64,000 bases of DNA from Candidatus Eiseniibacteriota bacterium (GCA_942491735.1 CALOCN010000001.1:832040-896039); one strand, 5' to 3'; positions 19,155 to 29,407 are shown, numbered from the stretch's first letter. A program made the numbers and translations. The notes: generated by a model not told the origin, from the sequence alone.

Positions 19155-22100
19155 CTAGAGAATCAGCTTCATCAGCCCCGCCATGGTCCGCTGCATGCCG
19201 CTGCCGGGAGGGAGTAGTGCGTTGAGGTCGTCCACGGTCTCCACCCACTGGCAAAGCCCCGTCAGCAGCATGAAGTCCAGCATGCCGACAAGGCTTCTCC
19301 AGCCTGCCATGGTGATCATGGCCTCCCCGTCCATCAGCATGCTGTGATAGTCCATGTTCACGCTGCCCACGGTCAGATAGAGCACCATCCGTTCCCGCTC
19401 TTGCGCAGGCGTGTCCGCGAGGAGGTTGGTGACCATTCGTGCAGTCTGTTGCCTGAGGGCGTCGGGAAGTCGCGTGACGTCGGGGTGGGAGTCGCCGCTC
19501 GTCGATCCGAGTTCCGCCAGATAGGTGATGTACTCCTTCAGGATTCCCGCCCATTCGGGCCGGGCGGCGATCCGATCCCAGGCATTCACGGAGGCGAACA
19601 TGTTCGCCTTGAGGTGCATCTTGGGGCTGATCAGCGTGTCCTCCTCGTGGAGATACCGGACCGCGTAGCCCAGGGAGTCGAGTTGCGCGCCCGCGTTCTC
19701 CGCGACGGCAAGGAACTCCGGGCGATCGGGATAGATCTTCTTCTGCCACGGTACCGATGTGGCAACCGCCTGGGCGAACCTGCCGGCCAGATCGCCCACC
19801 CCCACCTTGGGGGCGTAGAGACCCACCTTGAGGAGTCCTCCTTCCCGGGCGATGTAGGAGTCCAGCGCATTGGCGACGACAAGAAGCCTGGCAAGCATCC
19901 CGTTGGCGCGTACCAGCTGCGGGGTCCCCGCGCTCGGAGCGGAACCCGCCGTGGGGGCGATCACGAGGACGCGGCATCCGCGTAGCGCGCTGCCCGAGAG
20001 CAGGGAGGCATAGATGTAGCTTTGCCACAGGGAGTCCGGCACCTTGAGAACGGAACCGGGGGGCATGAGGCTGTAGAGGACCGCCTTGACCGGGTTGATG
20101 GGTTTGGGACGGAACCCGGTCTGGTTGTGGAGCTGCAGGACCGCGGCTTCATCGTCGAACGCCTCCGCGCCCCCGGCGAGGAACTCCCGGACCTGGCTCG
20201 TGTAGTCGTAGCCGAAAGGGCGCGCCCGGAGCGGGGCGGGGATCTCCGACTCCGTGAAGCCCTGGTTCAGGAGGAGTTCGCGGGCGGCGGTTTTTGTTTC
20301 CAGGGCTTCCGGTCCCTCGATCATGACCGCGCGATCCTCCCAGTTCGCCCCCACGTAGTGCTCGCCGATCCCCATGCCGGTGAACATGGCCCGGCCGAGA
20401 TACGGGTCCTCCTCGGTCACGTCGTAGAAGGCGATCTTCCGGTGATCCCGCATCATGTTGTCGGGGATGGGGATGATGCCGACGCTGTGAAAACTGTAGA
20501 ACGACGGGTCGGCCGGATTCGTGATGTTTACATGGACCTTGACCAGGTTCTTCAGCCACTTGTCGCCGAACTGGGAGCGGGCGACATGCAGGGCGGTTGA
20601 GCTGTCGACGGCGGCACGGAGATCCCTCTGCAGTGATCGGAGGTGGTCTTCCCACTCCCGGTAGTCCCCGGGAAGGTTCGCCATCTCGTCCATGGGCTCC
20701 TGCAGGACGCGCAGCCACATTCGCGACTTGTTGAGCTCGAAGTAGTGTTGATCGAGGAAGATCATGTACATGGGCATCGACCCGGTCCTGTCGTAGGCCC
20801 GTGCGTGCTCGATCAGCGCTTCCAGGTAGTTCACCGTGTGTTGATAGGCGATCGCGTCGGGGTTCCCGTTTCCGTTGAGACCACGAATGTCGTGGATCCA
20901 CAGGACGTGGTACTCCTTCGCCTTGCGAACCGACCGCGCGATCTCGAACTGGAACTCCTCGTTCATGACGTACCAGACGCGGTTGCCCGGGGAGAATCGT
21001 TCCTGGGCCGCGCCTTCGATGATGGCGTTGATCTCCTCCTGGGTGTCGTGATCCTCCGGCTTGAGTGCGTACTGGAGCGGCAGCCAGACAAAACGGGTGT
21101 CGCCCCACTGTTTCCGCAGGGTCATGCGGTTCTCGTCCACGATGTCGCACAGCGTGTGGAACACGAGGAATGCCTGTCGGGCCTGGAACGGCGACACGTC
21201 GTTCTCGGAGGTCAACCACGCGCCGAACGCGGTTTTGGCCACGGCGAACGGGGCGCTCAAGCCGTCGTTCGTCTTCCGTTCACCCAGCAGGCTGTTGTAG
21301 CGGAGCAGCACTTCGTTGAGCAGGATCCCGCGGGCCGCGGCGCTTGCCTTGCGCCCGGTTGCACTGCTGTGACCCGTGGCGAAGGGCGTGCCGTCGACAG
21401 CAATGGAGAAAGCCCGGTCCAGCTCCGCGTGATAGACCCTGATCTCCTCGTTGAGGGTGTGGCCCTCCGGAAACAGGGCGTCGGTGGAGTCCATGTGGGT
21501 CACGAGCGTCGCCATGTAGGGAGCCAAGGCCCGGTGCGGATCCGCGTCGGACTTGTCCACCAACGGCTGGCTCAGGCGGGTGATCCAATGCGCACGTTCC
21601 CGCACGCCCGTGAGCGGGTCATCCAGTCGGGGATCCAGATCGACCTCGGCAACGCGGTATGGTTTGCGACTCTCAAGCCGGACTGCATCGTGGGGCGGCC
21701 GTGTCTTGCCCAGGTTCCGTGCCGGGAGCGGGAAGCTCAGCCCCACGCTCAGGGTGTTGTGATAGCCGGGCAGGTAGCGGATATCCAGGGTGGATCCGTT
21801 GCCCAGGATTCCTCCCCGTCGCATGGGGAGGCTCAGTTGCAGCATGAACGAGGCGGCGGTGTCCTTGATGTTGTAGTCGACTCCGAGCCCGAAGTAGAGC
21901 GAGGGGACCTTGAAGTAGGCTCGCCCACCGCCGTCGAGGTCGGCACCGCCGTCGCTGGGATTGGAACTCCTCGCCCCCACGTATCCCTCGAGACCCAGGG
22001 CGGCGATTCCGACCACCGGGCTTCCCAGGCTCTTCCAGACCCCGAGGTTCACGAGGCCGGCGAAGGAATCCAGCTGTCCCGGGCGATACCATTGGCCCTC

Positions 22101-22280
22101 CACGCCCGCGTAGGTGTTGTACACGGCGGGCATTCCCAGGGATCGGGTGATCCCGCCTCTCTGGGGGGTGGCGGTGTCCCTGGCCTCGGCCGGCGGGACC
22201 GGATTCGTGGCGAAGGCCAGGCCGAGGAGCGCGGCGAGGAACCCGGCGGGGCGGCCCCCGCTACGGAACGGAATCGTCAT
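19155..22280 (-). CDS. Large (1041 aa) secreted or outer-membrane protein of unknown function. The N-terminal segment is beta-strand-rich.
   Basis: The signal peptide is MTIPFRSGGRPAGFLAALLGLAFA. The first ~200 aa are Gly/Tyr-rich with alternating strands. The large C-terminal domain has no motif I recognise. Confidence 0.5.
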   Translation of the reverse strand: MTIPFRSGGRPAGFLAALLGLAFATNPVPPAEARDTATPQRGGITRSLGMPAVYNTYAGVEGQWYRPGQLDSFAGLVNLGVWKSLGSPVVGIAALGLEGYVGARSSNPSDGGADLDGGGRAYFKVPSLYFGLGVDYNIKDTAASFMLQLSLPMRRGGILGNGSTLDIRYLPGYHNTLSVGLSFPLPARNLGKTRPPHDAVRLESRKPYRVAEVDLDPRLDDPLTGVRERAHWITRLSQPLVDKSDADPHRALAPYMATLVTHMDSTDALFPEGHTLNEEIRVYHAELDRAFSIAVDGTPFATGHSSATGRKASAAARGILLNEVLLRYNSLLGERKTNDGLSAPFAVAKTAFGAWLTSENDVSPFQARQAFLVFHTLCDIVDENRMTLRKQWGDTRFVWLPLQYALKPEDHDTQEEINAIIEGAAQERFSPGNRVWYVMNEEFQFEIARSVRKAKEYHVLWIHDIRGLNGNGNPDAIAYQHTVNYLEALIEHARAYDRTGSMPMYMIFLDQHYFELNKSRMWLRVLQEPMDEMANLPGDYREWEDHLRSLQRDLRAAVDSSTALHVARSQFGDKWLKNLVKVHVNITNPADPSFYSFHSVGIIPIPDNMMRDHRKIAFYDVTEEDPYLGRAMFTGMGIGEHYVGANWEDRAVMIEGPEALETKTAARELLLNQGFTESEIPAPLRARPFGYDYTSQVREFLAGGAEAFDDEAAVLQLHNQTGFRPKPINPVKAVLYSLMPPGSVLKVPDSLWQSYIYASLLSGSALRGCRVLVIAPTAGSAPSAGTPQLVRANGMLARLLVVANALDSYIAREGGLLKVGLYAPKVGVGDLAGRFAQAVATSVPWQKKIYPDRPEFLAVAENAGAQLDSLGYAVRYLHEEDTLISPKMHLKANMFASVNAWDRIAARPEWAGILKEYITYLAELGSTSGDSHPDVTRLPDALRQQTARMVTNLLADTPAQERERMVLYLTVGSVNMDYHSMLMDGEAMITMAGWRSLVGMLDFMLLTGLCQWVETVDDLNALLPPGSGMQRTMAGLMKLIL

Positions 22281-22415
22281 GATCGGCCTCCGGACAAATC
22301 CGTGCTAACGTCATACCCCGTTTCACGATGGGGGATGGATCCGTCTGGATGGAGGATCCTTCGGGTGTTCTACGGACGGGGAATTCCTGTGAAAAACCGT
22401 GCCTTTGGCGTGCAC

Positions 22416-23504
22416 ATGCGTGCCTCGGACAAGGATACATTGTTGCGGGGGGTGGCGACCGTCATTGCCACGGTGGTTCTTGTGGCGATCAGTGCGCCGG
22501 CGCAGGGACAGAAGACCGATGTGATCAGCCTGCGCAACGGAGACGATGTCACGGGCGAGATCAAGGAGCTGGAGTACGGCCTGCTGCGGTTCAAGACAGA
22601 TGCCATGAAGACGGTCTATGTCCAGTGGCCGAAAGTGGTGCGAGTCTCAACCGACAAGGTTTTCCAGGTCGTGCTCGAGAACGGAACGATCTACGTCGGC
22701 TCCCTCGCGCCCGGGAACGGGGACTCGGTGAGCGTGAATTCGGATAGCCTTTCCGTGGCCATGGCCACCCAGGAGGTGGTTCGACTCACACGGATCAAGC
22801 AGGGCTTCTGGGATGCCCTGGATGGGAACGTGGATCTGGGGTTCGACTTCACCCAGCAGAACAACAAGACCGATCTGACCGTCGACGCGGGAGTCGGGTA
22901 TGTGGCCGGGGCGGGGACGAACAGGGGAGTGAGTTGGCGATCCAGGGGGGCGATCTATACCGACATCAATGTCAACTCAACGCTCAGCCGTCAGGAAGGC
23001 GCCGAGGACATCACGAAGTTCAGCGGAAGCCTCTCCCATGTGCGGCAGTACGGCGGCGGCTGGTTCTTTCTCGGTCTTCTCGCCGGCTCCAGGAACACCC
23101 AGCTTAGCCTGGACTCCCGTCTGAGTGTCGGGGGCGGTGTGGGGCGGGTACTTGTCGAGTCCAACCGGACAGACCTCGCGTTGTGGCTGGCCCCCGCGTA
23201 CTCGCGTGAACAGTATGCGGGTCAGCCTACAACCACATCGATTCCGCTCATCCTCTCCGCGGACTTCCTGTTGTTCATCTGGGATCCACTCGATGTCGAG
23301 ATCTCCGCCTCGTTGGGCGTCTTGCCCGTCCTGAACGAGTCCGGGCGGTGGCGGGTCACCTTCGTCCTGTCGGCCAGCAAGGAGATCGTCAAGAACGTCG
23401 ATTTCAGCCTGGGCGTCGACGAGTACTACGATAGTCGGCCTCCCCTTGACGGGACGAACCAGAACGACTTCAGCCTGACCAGTTCGTTCGGGTGGTCGTT
23501 CTGA
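22416..23504 (+). CDS. DUF481-family outer-membrane beta-barrel protein.
   Basis: The start is MRASDKDTLLRGVATVIATVVLVAISAPAQG; an alternative GTG lies at 22389. It shows the alternating-strand pattern and a C-terminal ...SLTSSFGWSF, ending in an aromatic residue as outer-membrane proteins typically do. Track ORF 20643..23504 is over-extended. Confidence 0.6.
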   Translation: MRASDKDTLLRGVATVIATVVLVAISAPAQGQKTDVISLRNGDDVTGEIKELEYGLLRFKTDAMKTVYVQWPKVVRVSTDKVFQVVLENGTIYVGSLAPGNGDSVSVNSDSLSVAMATQEVVRLTRIKQGFWDALDGNVDLGFDFTQQNNKTDLTVDAGVGYVAGAGTNRGVSWRSRGAIYTDINVNSTLSRQEGAEDITKFSGSLSHVRQYGGGWFFLGLLAGSRNTQLSLDSRLSVGGGVGRVLVESNRTDLALWLAPAYSREQYAGQPTTTSIPLILSADFLLFIWDPLDVEISASLGVLPVLNESGRWRVTFVLSASKEIVKNVDFSLGVDEYYDSRPPLDGTNQNDFSLTSSFGWSF

Positions 23505-23645
23505 TTTGGGCGTGGGGGCGCGTGTGGTGTCAATCAAGGCTGCGGTTGGATCTCTAGTGCAACGTTAGTGAGCCGAGGTTCGCACTGACATTCGATTTGT
23601 TGGAACCCACGCAGACTACGACAACATCGACGCGGAGGCGATCTA

Positions 23646-24872
23646 ATGACAATGAAGCTGATCAAGAGTGAAGACGACTACACACGCGCTCTCGCTCGCC
23701 TCGATGAACTAATGGATGTTGAGGCGGGGTCACTCGAAGGTGACGAGCTTGAACTACTAGTGACCTTGATTGAACTCTATGAGGAGAAAGTTCATCCAAT
23801 CGAGCTGCCGGATCCGTTGGAGGCAATTCGCTTCCGCATGGATCAGTCTGGTCTTAGGCAGCAGGATCTTGTGCCTTTTCTTGGGAGCAGGAGCCGTGTT
23901 TCCGAAGTCCTGAATGGAAAACGGCCTCTTACACTCAAGATGATCCGAGCGCTTCACAATGGGCTAAACATTCCTGCGGAAGTTCTGCTTAGGGAGCCGA
24001 ACGCTTCCCTTCCCCCAGTTGAAGACATTCAATGGGAACGCTTTCCGGTGATCGAGATGGCGAAACGAGGGTGGTTCAGTGGATTCAAAGAGCGTTCATC
24101 TAGGGCGGCGGAGTACGCTGAGGAGTTGATGTTGACCTTCCTGGGAAAAGACGGGTTTGGTCGTGTTGGCCCCGATTTCCTTAAGCAACATGTTCGCTCG
24201 GGCTCCAGCATGGATGAGTATGCACTCGCCGCATGGCGGACCCGTGTTCTTCAGCTTGCTTCTGAACAGTCGGTAGATGATTACGATGTCAAGAAGATCC
24301 AAGAGGACATTCGGCCACTGGTTCAGCTGAGCTACCTTGAGGATGGCCCGAGGTTGGCCCAGGAGTACTTGGCCAAGTGTGGTATCGCATTGGTTGTGCT
24401 TAGTCATCTGCCCCGGACGCACCTTGATGGAGCTGCTCTCTTATCGCCCGACGGTTATCCGGTCGTTGCCCTGACACTGCGTCATGATCGGCTCGACAAC
24501 TTCTGGTTTACGTTAATGCACGAGCTGGGTCATGTTGCCATTCATCTTGATCCTGCGGCTGCCAGCAGCATGTTTGTCGATGATCTCACTCCCGCGACGA
24601 ACGAGTTGGACCAGGTGGAGAAAGAGGCCGATGCTTTCGCGACGAAGAGTTTGATTCCTGACGCAGAATGGAGGGCCTTTGTTGATTGCCAAGATTTCTC
24701 TGCTTCGGGTGCACACCGTCTCGCGGATTCCTTGCGCATTAGCCCGTCGATTGTCGCGGGGCGCATTCGGCGAGAAATGAGTAACTACCGTCTTCTTTCA
24801 CGGGTAGTCGGTTATGGCGTGGTGCGAAAGCATTTCGAGAACCAAGAGGGCTCAGTGGCATACGCGAGTTGA
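23646..24872 (+). CDS. Fusion of a HigA-like XRE-family HTH domain and an ImmA/IrrE-family zinc metallopeptidase.
   Basis: The N-terminal segment is ...LEAIRFRMDQSGLRQQDLVPFLGSRSRVSEVLNGKRPLTLKMIRALHNGLNIP, a HigA/HTH_3 pattern. The C-terminal segment is FTLMHELGHVAIHL, with HExxH. The local GC is clearly lower than the flanks. Confidence 0.7.
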   Translation: MTMKLIKSEDDYTRALARLDELMDVEAGSLEGDELELLVTLIELYEEKVHPIELPDPLEAIRFRMDQSGLRQQDLVPFLGSRSRVSEVLNGKRPLTLKMIRALHNGLNIPAEVLLREPNASLPPVEDIQWERFPVIEMAKRGWFSGFKERSSRAAEYAEELMLTFLGKDGFGRVGPDFLKQHVRSGSSMDEYALAAWRTRVLQLASEQSVDDYDVKKIQEDIRPLVQLSYLEDGPRLAQEYLAKCGIALVVLSHLPRTHLDGAALLSPDGYPVVALTLRHDRLDNFWFTLMHELGHVAIHLDPAAASSMFVDDLTPATNELDQVEKEADAFATKSLIPDAEWRAFVDCQDFSASGAHRLADSLRISPSIVAGRIRREMSNYRLLSRVVGYGVVRKHFENQEGSVAYAS

Positions 24873-24956
24873 GTTGCAGCCTCTCGGGCCTCGATCAGAT
24901 CAGCAACGTCTGGCAGCAAGACCAGGATTTACCACCCGGACCGGGGCGAACAGCCA

Positions 24957-25025
24957 ACCCGCCAACAAGAGCGAAAGTCCCTACCTCACAAGGAGATAGG
25001 GACTCTCAAGGTTGGTAGCGGGGAC
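24957..25025. repeat. Direct repeat copy 1 (69 bp). It is a partial copy of the tRNA-Met 3' end plus the downstream hairpin, and looks like an att-site footprint.
   Basis: The sequence is acccgccaacaagagcgaaagtccctacctcacaaggagatagggactctcaaggttggtagcggggac. It matches 29542..29610 at 64 of 69 positions and contains the 7-bp stem gtcccta/tagggac. Confidence 0.8.
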
Positions 25026-25311
25026 CTGGAGTGAAGTGATGCAGGGGGTGGGGGTTGGGAAGGTTCAGATTATTCACCTGGAGCTTAAGGGGCGACGGAA
25101 CTATCTATTACGGCGCTGACCGAGATGGGCCAGTGCACGGGTTCGTTGCAGGCCTGCACACTCATAGGCAGGAGATGCGTCTCAGGGGAAGCGAGCAGGC
25201 GGAGGGGCGGGTCCGGCTTCATGTAGAATTGCGACCTGTAGTGTTTGGCCGCTTGCCGCGTGGTCTTACGCCTTGGGAAGTGACGCCCCAACTTTCTCGC
25301 GAGGATTCCCC

Positions 25312-27666
25312 ATGCGCCTGATTGCCCTGCTGCTGCTTCTCATTCCAGGGCTGGCCTTCGCGTTCACGCCCGAGATGCACTACCGGCCAGAGTTGGACAG
25401 GGACGGGAACCGCATCGCGGATGACTTGGATCGGGCCCTCGCGTCGGCGATTCAGGCGGGGAGCACCAAGCCGATCCCCATTCTCGTCAGCCTATACGGG
25501 CCCCCGCAGGATGAGCAGCTGGCGGCATTCCGTGGAATGGGTGGGCGCGTAACCCACAGGTTCTCCCATGCGATCTACGGTTTTGCGGGGGATATCCCAC
25601 CCCAGATGATGTCCCTGGCGGCGGAGAAGCTGGGAGGGGATCTGTGCCTGATCGAGGCCGATCGGTTTGAGAAGATGCAGGGGATGGACTCCTCGATCCA
25701 GATGATCCGGGTCAGGCCCCATGTATGGGATACCTACGGGTTGGATGGGGACCCCGGGATTGTTGTGGCGATCGTCGACGGAGGCGTTGACACCACGCAC
25801 GCTGATCTCCTGGGAAAGATGCAGTACTGGTGGGTGAATCCGTTCTTGTCTCCTGCAAGTCATCCTGATCCGGGGGGGCATGGTACCTACATCGCGGGCG
25901 TAATCGCCGGGACCGGCGTGAGTGGTGGTCCATCGATGTCCACCATGACACTGCGATTCGGGAATCCCAATCTGTACAGTGATTTTGACTGGACCCTTCC
26001 ACTGGATGCTCCAATTCCTGGAACCATTGGCTTGGACTTCATATGGCTCACCTCGGGACTGGTCAACTACGAGTTCCTGGACTCCTCCGGGACCTCCCTC
26101 GGAGGGGGCTCCTCAAGTTCCGGGTCAATCTTGGACTCTCGCATCGCGTCCGTCCCTGGCCCTTATTCCATCCATCTGTGGGCTTCGGGTGGAAACTTTA
26201 GCAACCGATCAGGGTTGGCAACCCTGCCTTGGAGTCCGATCAACGACGGTCACAACCAGATGAGGGGTGTCGCCCCGGCTTCAAACCTCGCGTCCTTCAG
26301 GGTATTCGATACCAACGGGTACGCCTTGAACAGCGATATCATTCGTGGTTTTGAAGCTGTGGTTCAAGCTCGTCTTCAGGAAGGGATCAAAGTCGTCAAC
26401 TACAGCGGAGGGACATTCGACTCGGTATCGCCGTCAACCGATCAGGCGGCGGAGAACTGCATGAACGCCGGGGTTGTCTTTGTGGGCATTGCGCAGAACT
26501 TCTTCCCCGATCAGCCCATTCTTAGCCCCGGTCGTGCTCCCAAAATCATTACCACGGGCGCTATCAATGATTTGCAGCAGGCTACGGATTACTCCTGCGT
26601 GGGATCTGCGGGTAGTAACAAGCCCGACATCGTAGCGCCCGGTGGAACTGGGGGGCCGTACTCCTGGGGTGGACGAGGTCGGCTCTTTATGACTGAGAGC
26701 AACCAGGACGACTATGGACTACCGGATCGGCAGCTCAATGACTATCGTGCTAGCGGCTCGGGCACATCGTTCGCGGCCCCCCACGTCGCCGGACTCGCTG
26801 CACTCGTCATTGATGCCATGGCGACATACGAGTCGCATACGTGGTCGTACACTTCTGCGGAGGCGCTGCGGGTCAAGAACATCATCCTCACCACCGCTAC
26901 GGAGACCAACCAACCCCGGGAACTGGGGACAGGGACCGATCCCACCCTGGATCGCGGCGGCCACGACCTGGTGGAGGGCTTTGGGCGAGTCAACGCCGAT
27001 GCGGCGATCGAAACCATCGTGAACCACATGACAGCGGGTTCGGACTCCGTTGTCACGATCAACTATGAGGATCACGAATTTGGTCGCTGGGCTTGGGCCA
27101 CTGAAATCACAGTGTGCGACTCGGCGCAGCAGTCTGTGCTGCTCAGCGTTCCTGCGACGGCAGACCTCGATCTCTTCCTCTACGACCATCAGGGTGATGG
27201 GAACGGTCGTCCCATCCTTCTGGCGTCATCCGTGAATCCGAACCTTGGTGACGATGAGAGCATCACCCTGCCTTCGGTTCCTTCCTGCACCCAGATGATC
27301 CTGGTAGCGAAGCGGGTGTCAGGACATGGTCAGGCGTTCTTGCGGTCGCCATCCATCCTTTCAGCGGACGACCGAGGGCCGACTCCGGTCGCGGTATCCC
27401 TCTCCGCCATTCGCCCCAACCCCATGCGGGGGCAGGCTTCGATTTCCTTCACCGTGGGACAGGCCGGGCCGGTGCAGATGCGCCTCTTCGATGTGTCGGG
27501 CCGTCTGGTCCGGGTGCTGCAGGAAGGTCAGTTGGCGGAGGGTGCGCACGAGATCACCTGGGACGGGCGGAATGATTCGGGTCACAACGTGGGGGCTGGG
27601 ATCTACTTCGTGCGGCTGCGGGGTGGTGGGGTGGAAGAGACGCGGAGGTTGGTAAGGGTTCAGTGA
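25312..27666 (+). CDS. S8-family subtilisin-like serine peptidase with a T9SS C-terminal sorting domain.
   Basis: GAGGA precedes the ATG at 25312. The signal peptide is MRLIALLLLLIPGLAFA. The catalytic triad contexts are VAIVDGGVD, GHGTYIAGVIAG and GTSFAAPHVAGLAAL. The C-terminus is IRPNPMRGQASISFTV...GIYFVRLRGGGVEETRRLVRVQ. Confidence 0.85.
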   Translation: MRLIALLLLLIPGLAFAFTPEMHYRPELDRDGNRIADDLDRALASAIQAGSTKPIPILVSLYGPPQDEQLAAFRGMGGRVTHRFSHAIYGFAGDIPPQMMSLAAEKLGGDLCLIEADRFEKMQGMDSSIQMIRVRPHVWDTYGLDGDPGIVVAIVDGGVDTTHADLLGKMQYWWVNPFLSPASHPDPGGHGTYIAGVIAGTGVSGGPSMSTMTLRFGNPNLYSDFDWTLPLDAPIPGTIGLDFIWLTSGLVNYEFLDSSGTSLGGGSSSSGSILDSRIASVPGPYSIHLWASGGNFSNRSGLATLPWSPINDGHNQMRGVAPASNLASFRVFDTNGYALNSDIIRGFEAVVQARLQEGIKVVNYSGGTFDSVSPSTDQAAENCMNAGVVFVGIAQNFFPDQPILSPGRAPKIITTGAINDLQQATDYSCVGSAGSNKPDIVAPGGTGGPYSWGGRGRLFMTESNQDDYGLPDRQLNDYRASGSGTSFAAPHVAGLAALVIDAMATYESHTWSYTSAEALRVKNIILTTATETNQPRELGTGTDPTLDRGGHDLVEGFGRVNADAAIETIVNHMTAGSDSVVTINYEDHEFGRWAWATEITVCDSAQQSVLLSVPATADLDLFLYDHQGDGNGRPILLASSVNPNLGDDESITLPSVPSCTQMILVAKRVSGHGQAFLRSPSILSADDRGPTPVAVSLSAIRPNPMRGQASISFTVGQAGPVQMRLFDVSGRLVRVLQEGQLAEGAHEITWDGRNDSGHNVGAGIYFVRLRGGGVEETRRLVRVQ

Positions 27667-27740
27667 CTTGTAAGAACTGTCGTCAGACCATGGAGGCGAG
27701 GCATGCAGTGCGGGTCACGGATCCGGATGCGAGCGGCCAG

Positions 27741-28574
27741 CTAGTCGGATCTGAGCGTGGTCCCCGCACCTTTCCATGGCTCACCGGGCAGCTTCGAGAT
27801 CAGCTCCCTGCCCACGAACTCCGCGGCGAGTAGGGGGTCATAGGGGATGCCGGCCGGGATCAGGGGTCGGATGTCTTCCAGGAAGGCATCGCTCTTGAGC
27901 TTCATCGCAAGGTTCGCCTCGTACTGAGCGCGCGAGACAGTCACGTCCTCATGCCCCAGGTAGCGCTGGAAGCATTCGACAATCCGATCACTGTCGGCCG
28001 TGCCGGATTGGAGGGCGATCAGCAGGTCGTAGAGGTCCCGTCCCTTCTTGCGCTGATAGAGTGCGCGCATCTTGGTGCCGAGCAACTCGTCGAGGTGATA
28101 CACCGGGAGATCGGTGGTTCCGCTGAACCACGGATTGTCGACGGCGAACGGACGTTGCGTGATAGGCAGTACGGAAAAGTGCTCGCGGGTGTTGATCTCT
28201 ATCTTCAGCCGCATGGTCGATACGGGAGCAAAGGTCGTCTCGAAGTGGTACGCCAACGTGAATCGTCCCGTGCCTCGCTTCCAGCTCGGATCGCCAAGCC
28301 ATGAGTCGAGAGCTTCTCGGATCGAATCGATGAGCTCGCCGATGGGCCCGGCCCGACGTTGAACGAGATCAATGTCTTCCGAGTAGCGTCTTGATTCGTC
28401 GAGGAAAAGCTTGTGCAGGGCGGTGCCTCCGCGAAAGACAGCTTGGTCGGCCACAAGCTCTTGCGTGAACATGGCGACCAGCGCGCGTGAGAGCGCAAGG
28501 TCCTGCTCGACATGCTCGTTGGATGGCCAGGGAGCCCGGGTGCGCCACGCGGTGATGTTGGCGCGCGGAATCAA
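27741..28574 (-). CDS. Nucleotidyltransferase toxin of the AbiEii/AbiGii family (DUF1814).
   Basis: It has ...FRGGTALHKLFLDESRRYSEDIDL... typical of the AbiEii nucleotidyltransferase family. It overlaps the upstream gene by 4 nt. Confidence 0.7.
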   Translation of the reverse strand: MIPRANITAWRTRAPWPSNEHVEQDLALSRALVAMFTQELVADQAVFRGGTALHKLFLDESRRYSEDIDLVQRRAGPIGELIDSIREALDSWLGDPSWKRGTGRFTLAYHFETTFAPVSTMRLKIEINTREHFSVLPITQRPFAVDNPWFSGTTDLPVYHLDELLGTKMRALYQRKKGRDLYDLLIALQSGTADSDRIVECFQRYLGHEDVTVSRAQYEANLAMKLKSDAFLEDIRPLIPAGIPYDPLLAAEFVGRELISKLPGEPWKGAGTTLRSD

Positions 28575-29407
28575 ACCTCAAGCTCCAGCGCGACATTGGG
28601 CAGGACGTGCCATCGCTCATTGATCTCGACGTTCGCCGGCTCCCCCGGATGTAGTCGAATGGCGCGGAATCTCCTGGACGCAAGCCATTTCGCCAATGGC
28701 GCGCTGAGATCGCCTTCATCCACGGCATCGAGTAGATATCCCAGCCGCTGCACGTCCGGGAGTCTCACCGTTGGCGCGATGCTGACGAGTGCCCGGGCGT
28801 CGATGCGTTCGGCCAACTCGACGAGTACCGTTGCCGCATTGCTCAAATGCCCTGCATCGGCGGGATAACGGACCAAGTCGAACGCAGTCGTTTCGGGCGT
28901 GGCTACGAGCATCGTACCCGTTTCGGTTTGCTTCTCAGTCACCGGCATCTTCTCGACCAAGCTGCTCATTGAAAACCGAATGACGACCTTCCCCGCCCGC
29001 ACTTCGCGGGTAGGCTTGTTGGTGACGACCTGGAACACCATGGGTTGCTGGTGGCTAGCGCCATGAATCGCCGCCGCACTTAGGAGGCCAACGTAGTAGG
29101 GCTGACCGAGGTGTCGCATGAGTTCGTCGATGTACCAGCTCGCGGGTGGCGAGCCGGTCGCTCGGTATTCCGGGGGAACAACGACGTAGAATCCGCGCCG
29201 GGGGGAGACAATCCGCCCCTTCTTCCTCAGCCTTCGCAGAGCCGTTTGAGAGGCGACAAGGGATCGTCCCGTTCCGGATGCTGCTTGGGTGCGCGTGAAG
29301 GTGTAGCAACCTCGGGCCTGGAGCTGCTCCACCCAAGTAGACATCGCCGGCATCGACAACATTTTGGACCGGTTCCCTTTCGTAACCTGCGCGAAAATCA
29401 CTTGCAA
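28571..29407 (-). CDS. Putative AbiEi-family antitoxin / transcriptional regulator.
   Basis: It is ~278 aa, lies immediately upstream of the AbiEii-like gene and is translationally coupled to it (ATGA overlap). The assignment rests mainly on context and size. Confidence 0.5.
   Translation of the reverse strand: MQVIFAQVTKGNRSKMLSMPAMSTWVEQLQARGCYTFTRTQAASGTGRSLVASQTALRRLRKKGRIVSPRRGFYVVVPPEYRATGSPPASWYIDELMRHLGQPYYVGLLSAAAIHGASHQQPMVFQVVTNKPTREVRAGKVVIRFSMSSLVEKMPVTEKQTETGTMLVATPETTAFDLVRYPADAGHLSNAATVLVELAERIDARALVSIAPTVRLPDVQRLGYLLDAVDEGDLSAPLAKWLASRRFRAIRLHPGEPANVEINERWHVLPNVALELEV

Noticed and set aside
19155-22280. An HKD phospholipase-D motif in HLKANMFASVNAWD.
   Set aside because: The spacing does not fit HxKxxxxD...GSxN: there is no Asp at +7 and no GSxN.
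20643-23504. The 953-aa plus-strand ORF as one gene.
   Set aside because: Its first ~590 aa are antisense to the 19155..22280 gene. The real product is the C-terminal DUF481 barrel, which starts with a signal peptide at 22416 or 22389.
25055-25321. An 88-aa ORF upstream of the island subtilase.
   Set aside because: It overlaps the att-like repeat region and the subtilase RBS/start. It has no RBS and a low-complexity sequence, so it is probably non-coding.
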